64,000 nt of DNA from Scyliorhinus canicula (lineage: Eukaryota). Shown here in pieces: positions 25,809 to 38,902 of this stretch. The stretch is taken from contig NW_024055654.1 in assembly GCF_902713615.1 (NCBI RefSeq), positions 248,001 through 312,000 on the forward strand. Reading direction: 5' to 3'. Made by a program: the position numbers and the translations under genes. Position 1 is the first letter of the stretch; the number at the start of each line of letters is the position of its first letter. The notes below the pieces were generated by a model. That model was not told where the DNA came from and did not search any database. It saw only the letters and a list, made by a program, of their open reading frames with translations.

Positions 25809-27207
25809 AAGACCATAAGACCATAAGACATAGGAGTGGAAGTAAGGCCATTCGGCCCATCGAGTCCACTCCGCCATTCAATCATGGCTGATGGGCATTT
25901 CAACTCCACCTCCCAGCATTCTCCCCATAGCCCTTAATTCCTCGCGACATCAAGAATTTATCTATCTCTGCCTTGAAGCCATTTAGCGTCCCGGCCTCCA
26001 CTGCACTCTGCGGCAATGAATTCCACAGGCCCACCACTCTCTGGCTGAAGAAATGTCTCCGCATTTCTGTTTTGAATTTACCCCCTCTAATTCTAAGGCT
26101 GTGCCCACGGGTCCTCGACTCCTCGCCTAACGGAAACAGTTTCTTTGCGTCCATCCTTTCTAAGCCATGTATTATCTTGTAAGTTTCTATTAGATCTCCC
26201 CTTAACCTTCTGAACTCCAATGAATACAATCCCAGGAACGCCAGCCGTTCCTCATATGCTAGACCCGCCATTCCAGGGATCATCCGTGTGAATCTCCGCT
26301 GGACACGCTCCAGTGCCAGTATGTCCTTCCTGAGATGTGGGGCCCAAAACTGGACACAGTACTCCAAATGGGGCCTAACCAGAGCCTTATAAAGGCTCAG
26401 TAGCACATCGCTGCTTTTATATTCCAACCCTCTTGAGATAAATGACAACATAGCATTCGCTTTCTTAATCACGGATTCAACCTGCATGTTTACCTTTAGG
26501 GAATCCTCGACTAGCACTCCCAGATCCCTTTGTACTTTGGCATTATGAATTTTCTCACCGTTTAGAAAGTAGTCTATGCTTGGATTCTTTTTTCCAAAGT
26601 GCAAGACCTCACATTTTCTCACGTTGAAATGCATCAGCCATTTCCTGCACCACTCTCCCAAACTGTCTAGATCCTTCTGCAGCCTCCCCACTTCCTCAGC
26701 ACTACCTGCCTGACCACCTAACTTCGTATCATCAGCAAACTTCGCTAGAATGCCCCCAGTCCCTTCATCCAGATCATTAATATATATGGTGAACAGCTGC
26801 GGCCCCAACACTGAACCCTGTGGGACACCGCTGGTCACCGGCTGCCATTCCGAAAAAGAACCTTTTATCCCAACTCTCTGCCTTCTGTCAGACAGCCAAT
26901 CCTCAACCCATGCCAGTAGCTCACCTCGAACACCATGGGCCCTCACCTTACTCAGCAGCCTCCTGTGTGGCACCTTATCAAAGGCCTTTTGGAAATCCAG
27001 ATAGACCACATCCACTGGGTTTCCCTGGTCTAACCTACTTGTCACCTCCTCAAAGAATTCTAACAGGTTCGTCAGGCACGACCTCCCCTTACTAAATCCA
27101 TGTTGACTTGTTCTAATCCGACCCTGCTCTTCCAAGAAATTAGAAATCTCATCCTTAACGATCGATTCTAGAATTTTACCAACAACCGAGGTTAGGCTAA
27201 TTGGCCT
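25809..27207 (-). mobile_element. young 5'-truncated CR1 (HER1-like) LINE with an uninterrupted RT/C-terminal ORF
   Basis: Frame open from 27207 to the stop at 25900, with YLDFQKAFDKVPH, GVPQGSVLGP and KFADDTK. (TATGGTCT)n tail. AAAT duplicated at 25805-25808 and 27208-27211. Confidence 0.95.
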
Positions 27208-27444
27208 AAATGTTTGTCTTCAATCTGTGGGAAAAGATTTCAAACATCAGTGTGACTGGAAAATCACTGAGACGCACATACACCCAAGTGAGAGTGTTCC
27301 AGTGAACTGACTGTGGAAAGAGCTTTAACCAGCGTGAACAAAAATCACACCATTCACAGCGAGGAGAAATCATTCAGGTGTTCTATGTGTGGACAAGACT
27401 TCAACTTATCTTCCAACCTGGAGAGACACAAGGACACCGGCACC

Positions 27445-27873
27445 ATGGAGAAACCGTGGAAATGTGGGGACTGTGGGAAAGGATTCAATTACCCATCCCA
27501 TCTCGAAACTCATCGACGCAGTCACACAGGGGAGAGGCCGTTCATCTGCTCCGTGTGTGGAAAAGATTTCATTCAGTCACAACACCTACAGTCACACCAG
27601 CGTGCTCACTCCAATAAGAGACCTGTAGAATGTTCTGACTGTGGGAAGAGCTTTAAAAGCAGAAAGAACCTGATGCAACACCAACACACTCACACTGGAG
27701 AGAGGCCGTTCACCTGCTCCATGTGTGGGAAAGGATTCACTCAGTCATCCACCCTGCTGAGGCACCAGCGGGTTCACACGGGGGAGAGGCCATTCACCTG
27801 CTCTGTGTGTGGGAAGGGATTGACTCGGTTAAGCATCCTCGCTGCACATCAACGTGTTCACATTGCTAAATGA
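27445..27873 (+). CDS. class-2 C2H2 ZNF, 5 fingers (decayed fingers continue to ~28015)
   Basis: ACCATGG start, [23 protein letters not shown]. The exon begins at 25689 and is split by the CR1 insertion. Confidence 0.7.
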   Translation: MEKPWKCGDCGKGFNYPSHLETHRRSHTGERPFICSVCGKDFIQSQHLQSHQRAHSNKRPVECSDCGKSFKSRKNLMQHQHTHTGERPFTCSMCGKGFTQSSTLLRHQRVHTGERPFTCSVCGKGLTRLSILAAHQRVHIAK

Positions 27874-28484
27874 TCTCTTGTTATGAATGTGAGAAGTACA
27901 GGTGAGGCTCAGACACACCAACGCACTCATGTTGGGGAGGGGCTGGTCATCTGCTCTGTGTGTGAAAAGGGTTCACTCAGTTACAGCACCTATTGTGAGA
28001 CCAGTGAGTTTACATGTGATTGCAGGGGTGGGATTCTGCTGTTCATCACTTTCACTGTTTGTTTCTGCTGATGTTAAACGTCAGCCCCGTCTTGGAGGTT
28101 ATTGAAATTTTAGATGAAGATATTCTCCCCGTGTCTGCATGGGTCTCACACCCACAACCCAAAGATGTGCAGGGCAGGTGGATTGGTAACGCTAAATTGC
28201 CCCTTAATTGGAACAAAAAGTATTGGGCACTTTAAATCTATTTCTTTTTAATTCTAGATGAATGTCAATTTGGTCAGTTGTTGAGCAAATACACAGTGTT
28301 ATGTTCCATTTTTCTCCAATGTAAGTGGAGATTAATTGATGTCCTGTTGCCGACTGCTTTATTTTTGGGGCCTTTTCTCTTTACTAATCATTAGTTATCT
28401 GATTATCATCTGATTATTTCAGATCTCACGGCATCAGTTACTCGCGTGGACAATTCCCAGCTCTCCATATCTTGCAGACTGATG

Positions 28485-28795
28485 ATAATCATAATAATCT
28501 TTATTATTGTCACAAGTACGCTTACATTAACACTGCAATGAAGTTACTGTGAAAATCCCCGAGTCCCCACACTCCAGCACCTGTTCGATTACACACAGAG
28601 AGATTTCAGAATGTCCAATTCACCTAACAGCATGTATTACGGGACTTGTGGGAGGAAACCAGAGTACCCAGAGGAAGCCCACGCAGACACGGGGAGAACG
28701 TGCAGACTCGGAACAGACAGTGACCAAAGCAGGGAATAAAACCTGGTATGCTACTGCTGTGAAGCAGCAGTGCTAACCACTGTGGTACCATTCCA
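28485..28795 (-). mobile_element. HE1-like SINE, tail type D
   Basis: Homologous to 16548-16850. Confidence 0.8.
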
Positions 28796-28799
28796 CCCA

Positions 28800-29110
28800 T
28801 GAGACACTGTTACACTGTCAGTGTGCTCCTGTACTGCTCTGTATTTAACAGGAGTCTGCAGACTGATGAGACTGTGTTACACTGTCAGTGAGCTCCTGTA
28901 CTGCTCTGTATTTAACAGGAGTCTGCAGACTGATGAGACTGTGTTACACTGTCAATGTGCTCCTGTACTGCTCTGTATTTAACAGGAGTTTGCAGACTGA
29001 GACTCTGTTACACTGTCAGTGTGCTCCTGTACTGCTCTGTATTTAACAGGAGTCTTCAGGCTGATGAGACTGGGTTACATTGACAGTGTGCTCCTGTACT
29101 GCTCTGTATT
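28800..29110. repeat. 67-bp minisatellite, ~4.6 units
   Basis: GAGACTGTGTTACACTGTCAGTGTGCTCCTGTACTGCTCTGTATTTAACAGGAGTCTGCAGACTGAT repeats. Confidence 0.93.
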
Positions 29111-29824
29111 TTGCCTGTAATAGAAAATGACTGAATCGTTGTTCCAGTGGAGCCTTTGCTGTTCTGAAATGTGGGTGAATATTACTGAGCCTCACATCCT
29201 TGCTCATATTGCTGCAGTTGTGTAGAAAGGGGATGTGTAAAGAGCTGGTCTCTGTGTGGATATGTGAACCTAGGAAATGGTATCTGTGTGTGTGACAGAG
29301 ACACAGCCTTGTGCTCACACTCAGAACAAAGATATCCCTGTGGTGAGGGTTTGAAAGGGTCAGATCACAAATGTAGTGGAAAAGTTTAATATAAATATCT
29401 CCAGTGTGGCTGCAGCTTGTTAAATCAGAGCTGAGGAAAAGGGAGCTCTGAATCCCTGTATTATCTCTGTTCCCCAGAACAAGTAACTGTGCTGTCTGTA
29501 TTATTGCAGAGCTGTTAATAAAGTCAGTAAAAGACAATCTGTTGTTGGGAGTTTGATTCTCTGGTGTCTGAAAGCAAAAGATTCAATATTTAGAGTCAAC
29601 AAGATGAACACGGAAACACAGTAGGGCCCAAAACTCCAGCTGTATATTCACAGAGAAAGTCTGTTATCAAACACCTCGAATGGACAAAACAGATAAAGAT
29701 CCCAACTGTGAGAAACTCTCGAACCATTTGCAAATATCTTTCAAATGCTGACAGGTTCCAACTGTCAGATTCCGTTCAATTGAAATTATTGAAAGATGAG
29801 AGACTGTGTTGGAAGCAGAGCTGG

Positions 29825-30155
29825 GCCCACTTGTACTGAGACCCCAAAGCCAGAGATCACTGACTCTGACACACCAAATCCAGGGGCCACTTACACTGAG
29901 ACATCAAATCCAGGGACCACTTACTCTGACACACCAAATCCAGGAACCACTTACTCTGGCACACCGAATACGGGGACCACTTGCACCGAGACACCAAATC
30001 CAGGTACTACTTACACCTAGACACTAAATCCAGGGACTACTTACACCTAGACACCAAATCCAGGGACCATTTACATCGAGATACCAAATCCAGGGACCAC
30101 TTACACTGAGGCACCAAATCCAGGGACCACTTACACCGAGACACCAAATCCAGGT
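29825..30155. repeat. 30-bp minisatellite, ~10-11 units (CCAAATCCAGGGACCACTTACACTGAGACA)
   Basis: Direct repeats. Confidence 0.93.
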
Positions 30156-30176
30156 AACATTTACATTTTGAAGTTG

Positions 30177-30340
30177 ATGAAATGAAAATGAAAATTGCCT
30201 ATTGTCATAAGTAGGCTTCAATGAAGTTACTGTGAAAAGCCCCTAGTCTCCACATTCCGGCGCCTGTCCCGGGAATCGAACCGTGCTGCTGGCCTGGCTT
30301 TAAAAGCCAGCGATTTAGCCTGGTGAGCTAAACCAGCCCC
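30177..30340 (-). mobile_element. short type D SINE
   Basis: Reverse complement of 455-618. Confidence 0.8.
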
Positions 30341-30495
30341 AGTTTAATTAATGGGGTTCAGATCGTTTGCAATAAATCCCCAACTTTCAATTAAATCCGG
30401 TTCTAAAAGATTTAACTATCTGACAGAATGAACACTTTAAATGGTAAATTCAAAAGATTTATGAACCATTAAAAGGTAGAAAGGTAACGAGTTTG

Positions 30496-30710
30496 GGGTG
30501 GCACAGTGGTTAGCACTGTTGCCTCATGGCACCGAGGACCCGGGTTCGATCCCGGCCCCGGGTCACTGTCCATGTGGAGTTTGCACGTTCTCCCCGTGTC
30601 AGCACGGGGTCTCCACCACAACCCAAAGATGGGCCGAGTCGGTGAATTGGCCACGGTAAATTGCTCCTTAAGTTGGAAAAAATAATTGGGTCCTCTAAAT
30701 TTTGAAAAAA
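30496..30710 (+). mobile_element. HE1-like SINE, tail type C
   Basis: A/B boxes and type C tail. Confidence 0.85.
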
Positions 30711-31379
30711 GAGTAACAAGTCAGAAAGATAAAAAACTAAGTTTAATGAACAGTAATTGACAAGAGATATTTATCATTAACAATTAAACAGAGTTCATCC
30801 AACTTTCCTCAGTTTATCAGGTGAAAGACATGAAGTAATAATCCCAAAATGTGGTAACCTGTTCACAAAATGGCTAATCGAAACATTTAGCTTTATCTCC
30901 TCAACTCAGCTTTTCGAATCTCTAATTGGCCAAAGTGTCGAACAATAATTGGTTAACCTCACTGTCTGCTGATTTATAATCAACCCGACATCTACTCGTG
31001 TTTCCTGATGTCTGAGTACAGAGGCCGACTGAAAACTGAGACGGTTTGAGTCAGGCCCCATTCACGCCCCAACTTGATGGAACTTGTCACGGCCAAGAGA
31101 CTGGCTTGAAAAACATTATTTTACACTTCTCATGATAGTGTGCTGAAAATCATATAATGTGTAATTATAAAATCTAAAACATTATAAACTTTGTGTTACA
31201 GGCTATCACCAGCCTTATATCTATTGATCAATGGCTTATTCTTTAACTGTCTCAGAATTGAACTAATCTGGCTGGTTTCCAATATGGCAGAAACTGGGTT
31301 TGTTTTCAAACGGTCTTTGAGATTCGTTCAAAATGTCATCTTATTTTCGTGTTAGTAGAAAATGGCATTTTAACCTTTC

Positions 31380-32180
31380 ATTTTTTTGGGATATGTTTTT
31401 TATTGAGTTTTCATATTTAATATCCAACAAATTTGAAATTATTAGAAAAAAAACACAAAAATTAACATGTATATTTACAGATAAGCATCTTCATAATAAC
31501 AACTGTGGCCGCCCCCTTTAACCGGCATACATATTTTACATTCCCCAATATGGCCGAGGCACATGTTTATAGGCATTTATTTACAATTTGGTTTTGGGCC
31601 TTGCCATCAGACTGTCGCTTTTTTTTTGGAATAATTTTTATTCAAGTTTTCAACAACAAATTTTATCACAACAGAGAAAAAAAGTAACCCCTCCCCTCCA
31701 ATACAAAAACAATAAATTAACAAGAAAAAGAAATAAGCGTAAAACCATGCGAACAAACCCTCATAACGAACCCGTAGCCCCCCCCCCCCCCCCCCACGTT
31801 CCCCCGATTCCCGTCCATTTTTCCCTGATTCTTGGCTACCCGACTATTCTTCCTCTTGTTCGTTGACCGCAAACAGGTCCCGGAACAATTGCATGAATGG
31901 CTCCCACGTTCTGTGGAAGCCGTCGTCTGACCCTCGGATGGCGAATTTGATTTTCTCCATTTGGAGAGATTCCGAGAGGTCGGACAGCCAGTCTGCAGCT
32001 ATGGGCGGTGTTGCTGACCGCCAGCCAAACAGGATTCTACGGCGGGCGATCAGGGAGGCAAAGGCAAGAGCGTCCGCCCTCCTCCCCAGGAATAGATCTG
32101 GCTGTTCTGAAACCCCGAAGACCGCCACTATCGGGCATGGCTCCACCCTCACCCCCACCACTTTGGACATAGCCTCGAAA
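31380..32180 (-). mobile_element. L1-clade 3' fragments (ORF2 C-terminus 32170-31844 plus 3'UTR, adjacent to a second L1-like tail)
   Basis: AFASLIARRRIL..W..EKIKF motif shared with the other L1s. Two T-tract/TTTATT (reverse AATAAA) ends at ~31385-31405 and ~31620-31642. Confidence 0.8.
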
Positions 32181-32746
32181 CTCTACATAGCCACCATTAC
32201 ATCCGATTTTGCCTTCTCTCTTTCAAACTGCAGACTGAACTCAACCATATTATGATCGCTGCTTCCTAAGTGTTCCCTTACTTTAAGATCTTTAATAAAG
32301 TCTGGTTCATTACATAGCCAGGGTGGAGAGGAGGGAATGTTGCGAATTTCTATCCTGGACTGGTTATGATGGATTTTGGAAACTCCTTTTCCAAGCGGCT
32401 AGAAGGGTGATTTACACACAGCAAACTTAAACTAAGAGAAATGCTTATCCCTTTGCAATTTCTATATTGGACTAACGCTGTTGACTTTTGTAAACGCCAT
32501 TCACAGGATATTAGAAGAGGATTTGCAGACAGGACACTTGAAGCAAATACCACATTAAATCTTACAACGTCACTGATTCATCAGGACTTGGACATTATTG
32601 GTCTTTCAGAGTAAGCATTGAGTTCCTGCTCATTACCACTGTGTAAAATTTCTTTCTGACATTCCCTTATGTAATCTTGGTCAAAATCTTCAATGTGTCC
32701 CGTAATGCTTTTTGATAGCTAATGGGGACAGCTTTATTTTTAATCG

Positions 32747-33095
32747 GGCAGCACGGTAGCATTGTGGATAGCACAATGGCTTCACAGCTCCCAGGGTCCC
32801 AGGTTCGATTCGGGCTTGGGTCACTGTCTGTGTGGAGTCTGCACATCCTCCCCGTGTGTGTGTGGGTTTCCTCCAGGTGCTCCGGTTTCCTCCCACAGTC
32901 CAAAGATGTGCAGGTTAGGTGGATTGGCCATGATAAATTGCCCTTAGTGTCCAAAATTGCCCTTAGTGTTGGGTGGAGTTACTGGGTTATGGGGATAGGG
33001 TGGAGGTGTTGACCTTGGGTAGAGTGCTCTTTCCAAGAGCCGGTGCAGACTCGATGGGCCGAATGGCCTCCTTCTGCACTGTAAATTCTATGATA
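32747..33095 (+). mobile_element. HE1-like SINE, tail type B
   Basis: Full head GGGCAGCACGGTAGCA and CR1-like tail. Confidence 0.9.
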
Positions 33096-33354
33096 AACCT
33101 ATGACAAACGTGTACACCTTTATCAAATCAATCTTAAGTCCCATTTACTCCAAGGAAAACAACCCCAGTTTCTCCAATGTAATTTTGCAACTATAATCCC
33201 TCATCCTGGCGGCATGTGGCACAGTGGTTACCACTGGGACTGTGGCGCTGAGGACCTGGGTTGGAATCCTGGCCCTGGGTCAGTTGCCCCTTAATTGGAA
33301 AAGAAAAATAATTGGCTGTTCTAAATTTATTTAAAAAAAATCCCTCATCCCTTT

Positions 33355-33845
33355 GAGAGGAGAGAGGATTAATGAGAAAAGTGAGGGGGAAAGGGGAGAG
33401 GATTAATGAGGAAAGTGAGGTAGTGAGGGGGAGAGGATTAATGAGGATAGTGAGGAGGAGAGGATTAATGAGGAAAGAGGTAGTGAGGGGGAGAGGATTA
33501 ATGACGGTAGTGAGGGGAGAGGATTAATGAGGTAGTATGGGGGAGAGGATTAATGAGGATAGTGAGGGGAGAGGATTAATGAGGATAGTGAGGGGGAGAG
33601 GATTAATGAGGATAGTGAGGGGGAGAGGACTGATGAGGAAAGTGAGGGGAGAGGATTAATGAGGAAAGAGGTAGTGAGGGGAGAGGATTAATGAGGGAAG
33701 TGAGGGGGAGAGGATTAATGAGGTGAGTGAGGTAGTGAGGGTATAGGGTTAAAGAGGATTAGTGAGGAGGAGAGGATTAATGAGGATAGTGAGGTAGTGA
33801 GGGTGAGAGGATTAATGAGGATAGTGAGGGAGAGGGGATTAATGA
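33355..33845. repeat. purine-rich minisatellite, ~26-33 bp (GGAGAGGATTAATGAGGATAGTGAGG)
   Basis: Direct repeats. Confidence 0.9.
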
Positions 33846-33994
33846 TGAAATTCCAGAGCCTGAGGCCCAGGCAACTGAAAGAATGGTCGCTAATAGCAAA
33901 GTGATTAAAATAGGAAATGTTCAAGGGGCTGGAATTATATAATCCCAGCTATATAAAGTCCATCCCCTAACCCTCTCTTTTTCTATTTCCATTT

Positions 33995-34405
33995 TTTTTT
34001 CTCTCTCTCTCTCTTTGCCTCTCACTCTCTATCTGTCGCATAGCACCTCTCTCTGTGCTCCTCTCTCTCATCGCCTCTCCCTCTCACTGACCCACCCCTC
34101 GTTCTAATTCTCTTTGTCCACCTCTCTCTCTTGGTCTCTCTCATTGCCTCACACTCTCTCTGCCTCTCTCTCTCCCATTGCCTCTCTCTGTCTGTCTCTC
34201 ATATTTCCTCTGTCTCTCATGCCTCTCTATCTCTGCCTCTGTCTCATTGCATCTCTGTCTCTCCGTGCCTCTCTCACATTGCCTCTTTCTATCTTTGTCT
34301 CTCATATTGCCTCTCTCTGTCCTCTCTCTCTCTCATTGCCTCTCTCTCTCTGTCTCTCACATTGCCTCTCTGTCTCTCACTGTTTTCCCCCCTCACCTCT
34401 CCCTC
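33995..34405. repeat. CT-rich low-complexity region (CATTGCCTCTCTCT)n
   Basis: Base composition and short repeats. Confidence 0.8.
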
Positions 34406-34693
34406 AGATGGAAGGGTCCATCTCTGATCAATGTCAATGAACCAGTTGGGTTTTTATAACAATCCGACAGTTTTCAGTCACTTTTTCCCAGTGATGGTCC
34501 CACAAATGACCAGCTTCATTTTGCTGTTTCACAGCCTGTCTTTGTGTGTTTCACTCCCTCTTTTTTGTTTTCAATCAATTTCACAGGTGTTAGAAGGGGA
34601 GGACTGCAGTAAAGAAACTCAAACCCAATATAACATTTGTGTTTGATGCCATCACCCACTTTATCCTAAACTGAATATCATCGGAATTTGAAC

Positions 34694-35977
34694 ATGGAAG
34701 AAAAAAGCCCCGTTCACAGCGGAGAGAAACTGTACACATGTTGTGTGTGTGGACGAGGCTTTAATCAATCACCTGCCCTGTTGAAACATAAATGCAATCA
34801 CAGCGGAGAGAAACCGTGGAAATGTGGAGACTGTGGGAAGAGATTCAATCACCCATCTGAGTTGGAAACTCATCGACACAGTCACACCGGAGAGAGGCCG
34901 TTCACCTGTCCTGAGTGTGGGAAGGGATTCACTCAGTCATCCCACCTGCTGAGACACCAGCGAGTTCACACTGACGAGAGACCTTTTCAATGCCCAGACT
35001 GCGGGAAGTGCTGTAAAAGCTTGAGCGATCTGATGTCCCATCAACGTGTTCACACTGACAAGAGACCTTTTAAATGTCCAGACTGTTTGAAGTGCTATAA
35101 AAGTTCTGGGGAACTGATGCGTCATCAACGTGTTCATACTGAGGAGAAACCATTTAAATGCTTGGACTGCCAGAAGAGTTATAAAAGTTCTGGAGAACTG
35201 ATGTCTCATCAACGTGTTCACACTGACGAGAGACCTTTTCAATGTCCAGACTGTGGGAAGTGCTACAAAAGTTCTGGGGAACTGATGCACCATAAACGTG
35301 TTCACACCGATGAGAGACCGTTCAGGTGCTCTCACTGCGGGACTGGGTTCAGGAAATCGTCTGGCCTAACTGAACACCAGCGAATTCACACTGGAGAGAG
35401 GCCGTTCACTTGCACAGAGTGTGGGAAGAGATTCACTCAGTCATCCACCCTGCGGAGACACCAGCTGGTTCATACTGAGGAGAGACCTTTTAAATGCCCA
35501 GACTGTGGGAAATGCTATAAAAGTTCTGGGGAACTGATGCTCCATCAACGTGTTCACACTGATGAGAGACCATTCAGATGCTCTCACTGCGAGACTGGGT
35601 TTAAACAATCATCTCAACTCTCTAAACACCAGCGCGTTCACACTGGGGCGAGGCCATTTACCTGCACTGCGTGTGGGAAGGGATTCACTCAGTCATCCAG
35701 TCTGCTGACACACCAGCGAGTTCACAGTGAGGAAATGTTTAAATGCCTAGTCTGCAGGAAGGGATATAAACACCCTGGGGACATCCCACCTCATGACATA
35801 CAAGCAGGTTCACACAGGGGAGAGACCATTCACTTGCACCATGTGTGGGAAGGGATTCACTCAATCATCCAACCGGCTGAGACACCACTGAGTTCACAAG
35901 TGACTTCAGGAGTTGGATTTTGCTGTCAGCCACTTGTGATGAATATCAGACTGTCCACAGGACTTGGTTTAGAATAA
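34694..35977 (+). CDS. class-1 C2H2 ZNF, 12 intact fingers, frameshifted C-terminus
   Basis: Acceptor at 34586 and ATG at 34694. After ~35770 the last finger is out of frame (ancestral end CACAAGTGA at ~35903). Confidence 0.85.
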   Translation: MEEKSPVHSGEKLYTCCVCGRGFNQSPALLKHKCNHSGEKPWKCGDCGKRFNHPSELETHRHSHTGERPFTCPECGKGFTQSSHLLRHQRVHTDERPFQCPDCGKCCKSLSDLMSHQRVHTDKRPFKCPDCLKCYKSSGELMRHQRVHTEEKPFKCLDCQKSYKSSGELMSHQRVHTDERPFQCPDCGKCYKSSGELMHHKRVHTDERPFRCSHCGTGFRKSSGLTEHQRIHTGERPFTCTECGKRFTQSSTLRRHQLVHTEERPFKCPDCGKCYKSSGELMLHQRVHTDERPFRCSHCETGFKQSSQLSKHQRVHTGARPFTCTACGKGFTQSSSLLTHQRVHSEEMFKCLVCRKGYKHPGDIPPHDIQAGSHRGETIHLHHVWEGIHSIIQPAETPLSSQVTSGVGFCCQPLVMNIRLSTGLGLE

Positions 35978-37094
35978 GGACATGTATAAGCAGCAGAAAT
36001 TAATACACCAAGTGTTTTAATTCAAAGTGGAATAAAACCATTTTAACAGAAAGGTCTTTCAAAAGTCAGTATCAGCTGCAAAAACTTTAGAAGTCCCCTG
36101 GGATCAGACATCTCAGGGCTTAAGGACAGCCCATAAATTCTTCAAATGACCTTCCTGCAATTCTAACCACAAGCCAGGGCCCTTGAAGGGCCCTTAGTTT
36201 TTTCCATGTCGGTGCAACATCGAGGACCGAAGGGCCTGTACTGCGCTGTATCGTTCTATGTTCTAAGGTATATAGAGATAGCAAGTCGAATAAAATAAGC
36301 AAACTTCCTTCTTAGCTATAGAACCTTTGACACTTGAGAATGCCAATTGGAATAGTGGCTATCTGGACATCTATATATTTAAGAATCTTGACACATTAAA
36401 AATAGAGAAAAGTAGCGATGTGTCTCGAACCACTCCCTGTCCGACCACATTACACGAAATAGGAAGAAATGTGTCTGTAAACGGGCAGATTCACAGAATC
36501 GGTACTCACTCTCTCTCCAGCTAAGAGTGCAGTTAGAGTTCTGTTCCTCAGCCTGCTTCGTCAAACAAAGACCATTGTGGTTTTTGTAAGTTTGTTTCTA
36601 TTGAACTTCTTCAAAATATATTAGAAATTGATATGAGATACTTTAGGATTTTCTATGTTCAGATATATACTTCTCTTAGAGACGTTAGTGTGTTAGCAGA
36701 TGACAAAAGGCTGTTGACTGATTTCTATTTTTAACTGACAAAGGACTGTTAACCAATTCATAATTTTAACTCTGCAATTTTGTATGTATAAATTGAAAGT
36801 ATTTTATAATAAAATACTATTCGAAATAACTGTGTAGTCTTACTCTCAATAATTTTGTATCCTTTCTGCTGTTGACCCTTTTATGTCTTTATCCATGAAC
36901 TTCAATTCTACTAGACACGTTTTGAAAGTTCCTGTATACACCATCTACAGCACGAACCTCACCCACATTCTTACCTCATCAAAAAAGTTGTTTAATAAAA
37001 GATGATTTACCATTAATAAATTTTATATCAGTCCATACTTGCTGATTTGGGTGTTAATATTTTCCTGGATTTTGACTTCTGCTGCACAATGCAC

Positions 37095-37791
37095 GTGGTG
37101 AACCCTTTGGTGTCTCAGCAGAGTGGACAAGGTAGTGAATCCCTTTGCACACTTGGAGCAGACAAATGGCCTCTCTCCTCTGTGAACTCGCTGTTGGGCC
37201 AGTAGGTTAGATGACAGTGAATCCCTTCCCACGATCAGAGCAGGTGAACGGCCTCTCCCCAGTGTAAATTCTCTGGTGTGAAAACAGGTCGGTTGACTGA
37301 GCGAATCCCTTCGCACGATTGGAGCAGGTAAACGGCCTCTCCCTGGTGCGAATTCGCTGGTGTACAGCGAGTTAAGACGATCACTTGAATCCCATCGCAC
37401 AGTGAGAGCACCTGAACGGTCTCTCATCATTGTGAACACGTTGATGAGACTTCAGTTCCCCAGAACATTTATAGCACTTCCTGCAGTCTGGGCATTTAAA
37501 CGGTCTCTCATCAGTGTGAACTCGCTGGTGTCTCAGCAGATCAGTTGACTGAGTGAATCCCTTCCCACATGTATAGCAGGTGAACAGCCTCTCACCAGTG
37601 TGACAACGCCAGTGCTTTACCAGGTCAGAAGGGATCATGAATCCCTTCCCACAATCCCCACATTTCCTCGGCTTCTCCCCGTTGTGACAGCATTTATGTA
37701 CTGACAGGTCAGATGATTGGCTGAATCCTTGTACACACAAAGAACACGTGTATGATTTTTCCCCACTGTGAACAACGCGCTTTCCTTCCAT
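37095..37791 (-). pseudogene. class-1 C2H2 ZNF with premature stops after 4 fingers
   Basis: ATG at 37791, TGA at 37383-37381 and a TAA three codons later. Fingers continue with an indel. Acceptor at 37900-37902. Confidence 0.8.
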
Positions 37792-37934
37792 GTTCAAAAT
37801 CCGATGATATTCAGGATTCAATAAATTAGCCAACTCCATCAGATCCTGATGAGTTTTTTAGTTTGAGTTTCCCAACTGCAAATGCTCCCTTCTAATGCCC
37901 TGCGAAACTAATTACAAACAGAAAAATAGGGAGT

Positions 37935-38902
37935 TATATAGAGAAATACAGCACAGAACAGGCCCTTTGGCCCACGATGTTGCGCCGAACTTTTGTCCTA
38001 GGTTAATCATAGAATTTTGGACAATTTTTCATGGCCAATCCACCCAACCTGCACATCTTTGGACTGTGGGAGGAAACCGGAGCACCCGGAGGAAACCCAC
38101 GCAGTCACGGGGAGGATGTGCAGACTCCACACAGACAGTGACCCAAGTCGAAATCGAACTTGGGACCCTGGAGCTGTGAAGCAATTGTGCTATCCACAAT
38201 GCTACCGTGCTGCCCTTAAGAAGTTAACCTACACTCCCTTATTCTACCCTAATCCAAGTACCTATCCAATAGCCGCTTGAAGGTCCATAAATTTTCCGAC
38301 TTAACTACTACCACAGGCAGTGCATTCCATGCCCCCACTACTCTCTGGGTAAAGAACCTACCTCTGACATCCCCTCTATATCTTCCACCATTTATCTTAA
38401 ATTTATGTCCCCTTGTAATGGTGTGTTCCACCCGGGGAAAAAGTCTCTGACTGTCTACTCTATCTATTCCCCTGATCATCTTATAAACCTCTATCAAGTC
38501 GCCCCTCATCCTTCTCCGTTCTAATGAGAAAAGGCCTAGCACCCTCAACCTTTCCTCGTATGACCTACTCTCCATTCCAGGCAACATCCTGGTAAATCTC
38601 CTTTGCACCTTTTCCAAAGCTTCCACATCCTTCCTAAAATGAGGTGACCAGAACTGCACACAGTACTCCAAATGTGGCCTGACCAAGGTTTTGTACAGCT
38701 GCATCATCACCTCACGGCTCTTAAATTCAATCCCTCTGCTAATGAACGCTAGCACACCATAGGCCTTCTTCACAGCTCTATCCACTTGAGTGGCAACATT
38801 CAAAGAACTATGAACATAGACCCCAAGATCTCTCTGCTCCTCCACATTGCCAAGAACCCTACCATTAACCCTGTATTCCGCATTCAGATTTGTCCTTCCA
38901 AA
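37935..38902 (-). mobile_element. young CR1 3' fragment whose 3'UTR contains a SINE head and body (38215-38020)
   Basis: Open CR1 C-terminal frame 38902-38249 (YKTLVRPHLEYC, LGLFSLERRR), then SINE sequence, then CR1 tail. Confidence 0.9.

Noticed and set aside
27295-27320. Selenocysteine reading of TTC CAG TGA ACT GAC TGT (a UxxC at a finger Cys), shared by three paralogs
   Set aside because: The surrounding leader has another stop and copy-specific frameshifts, and no SECIS element was recognised. Inheritance of one ancestral nonsense change is simpler.
29116-29600. Possible solo LTR (TGTAA start, TATA-like, AATAAA, CA end)
   Set aside because: No TSD, primer-binding site, polypurine tract or second copy was found, so it cannot be supported by eye.
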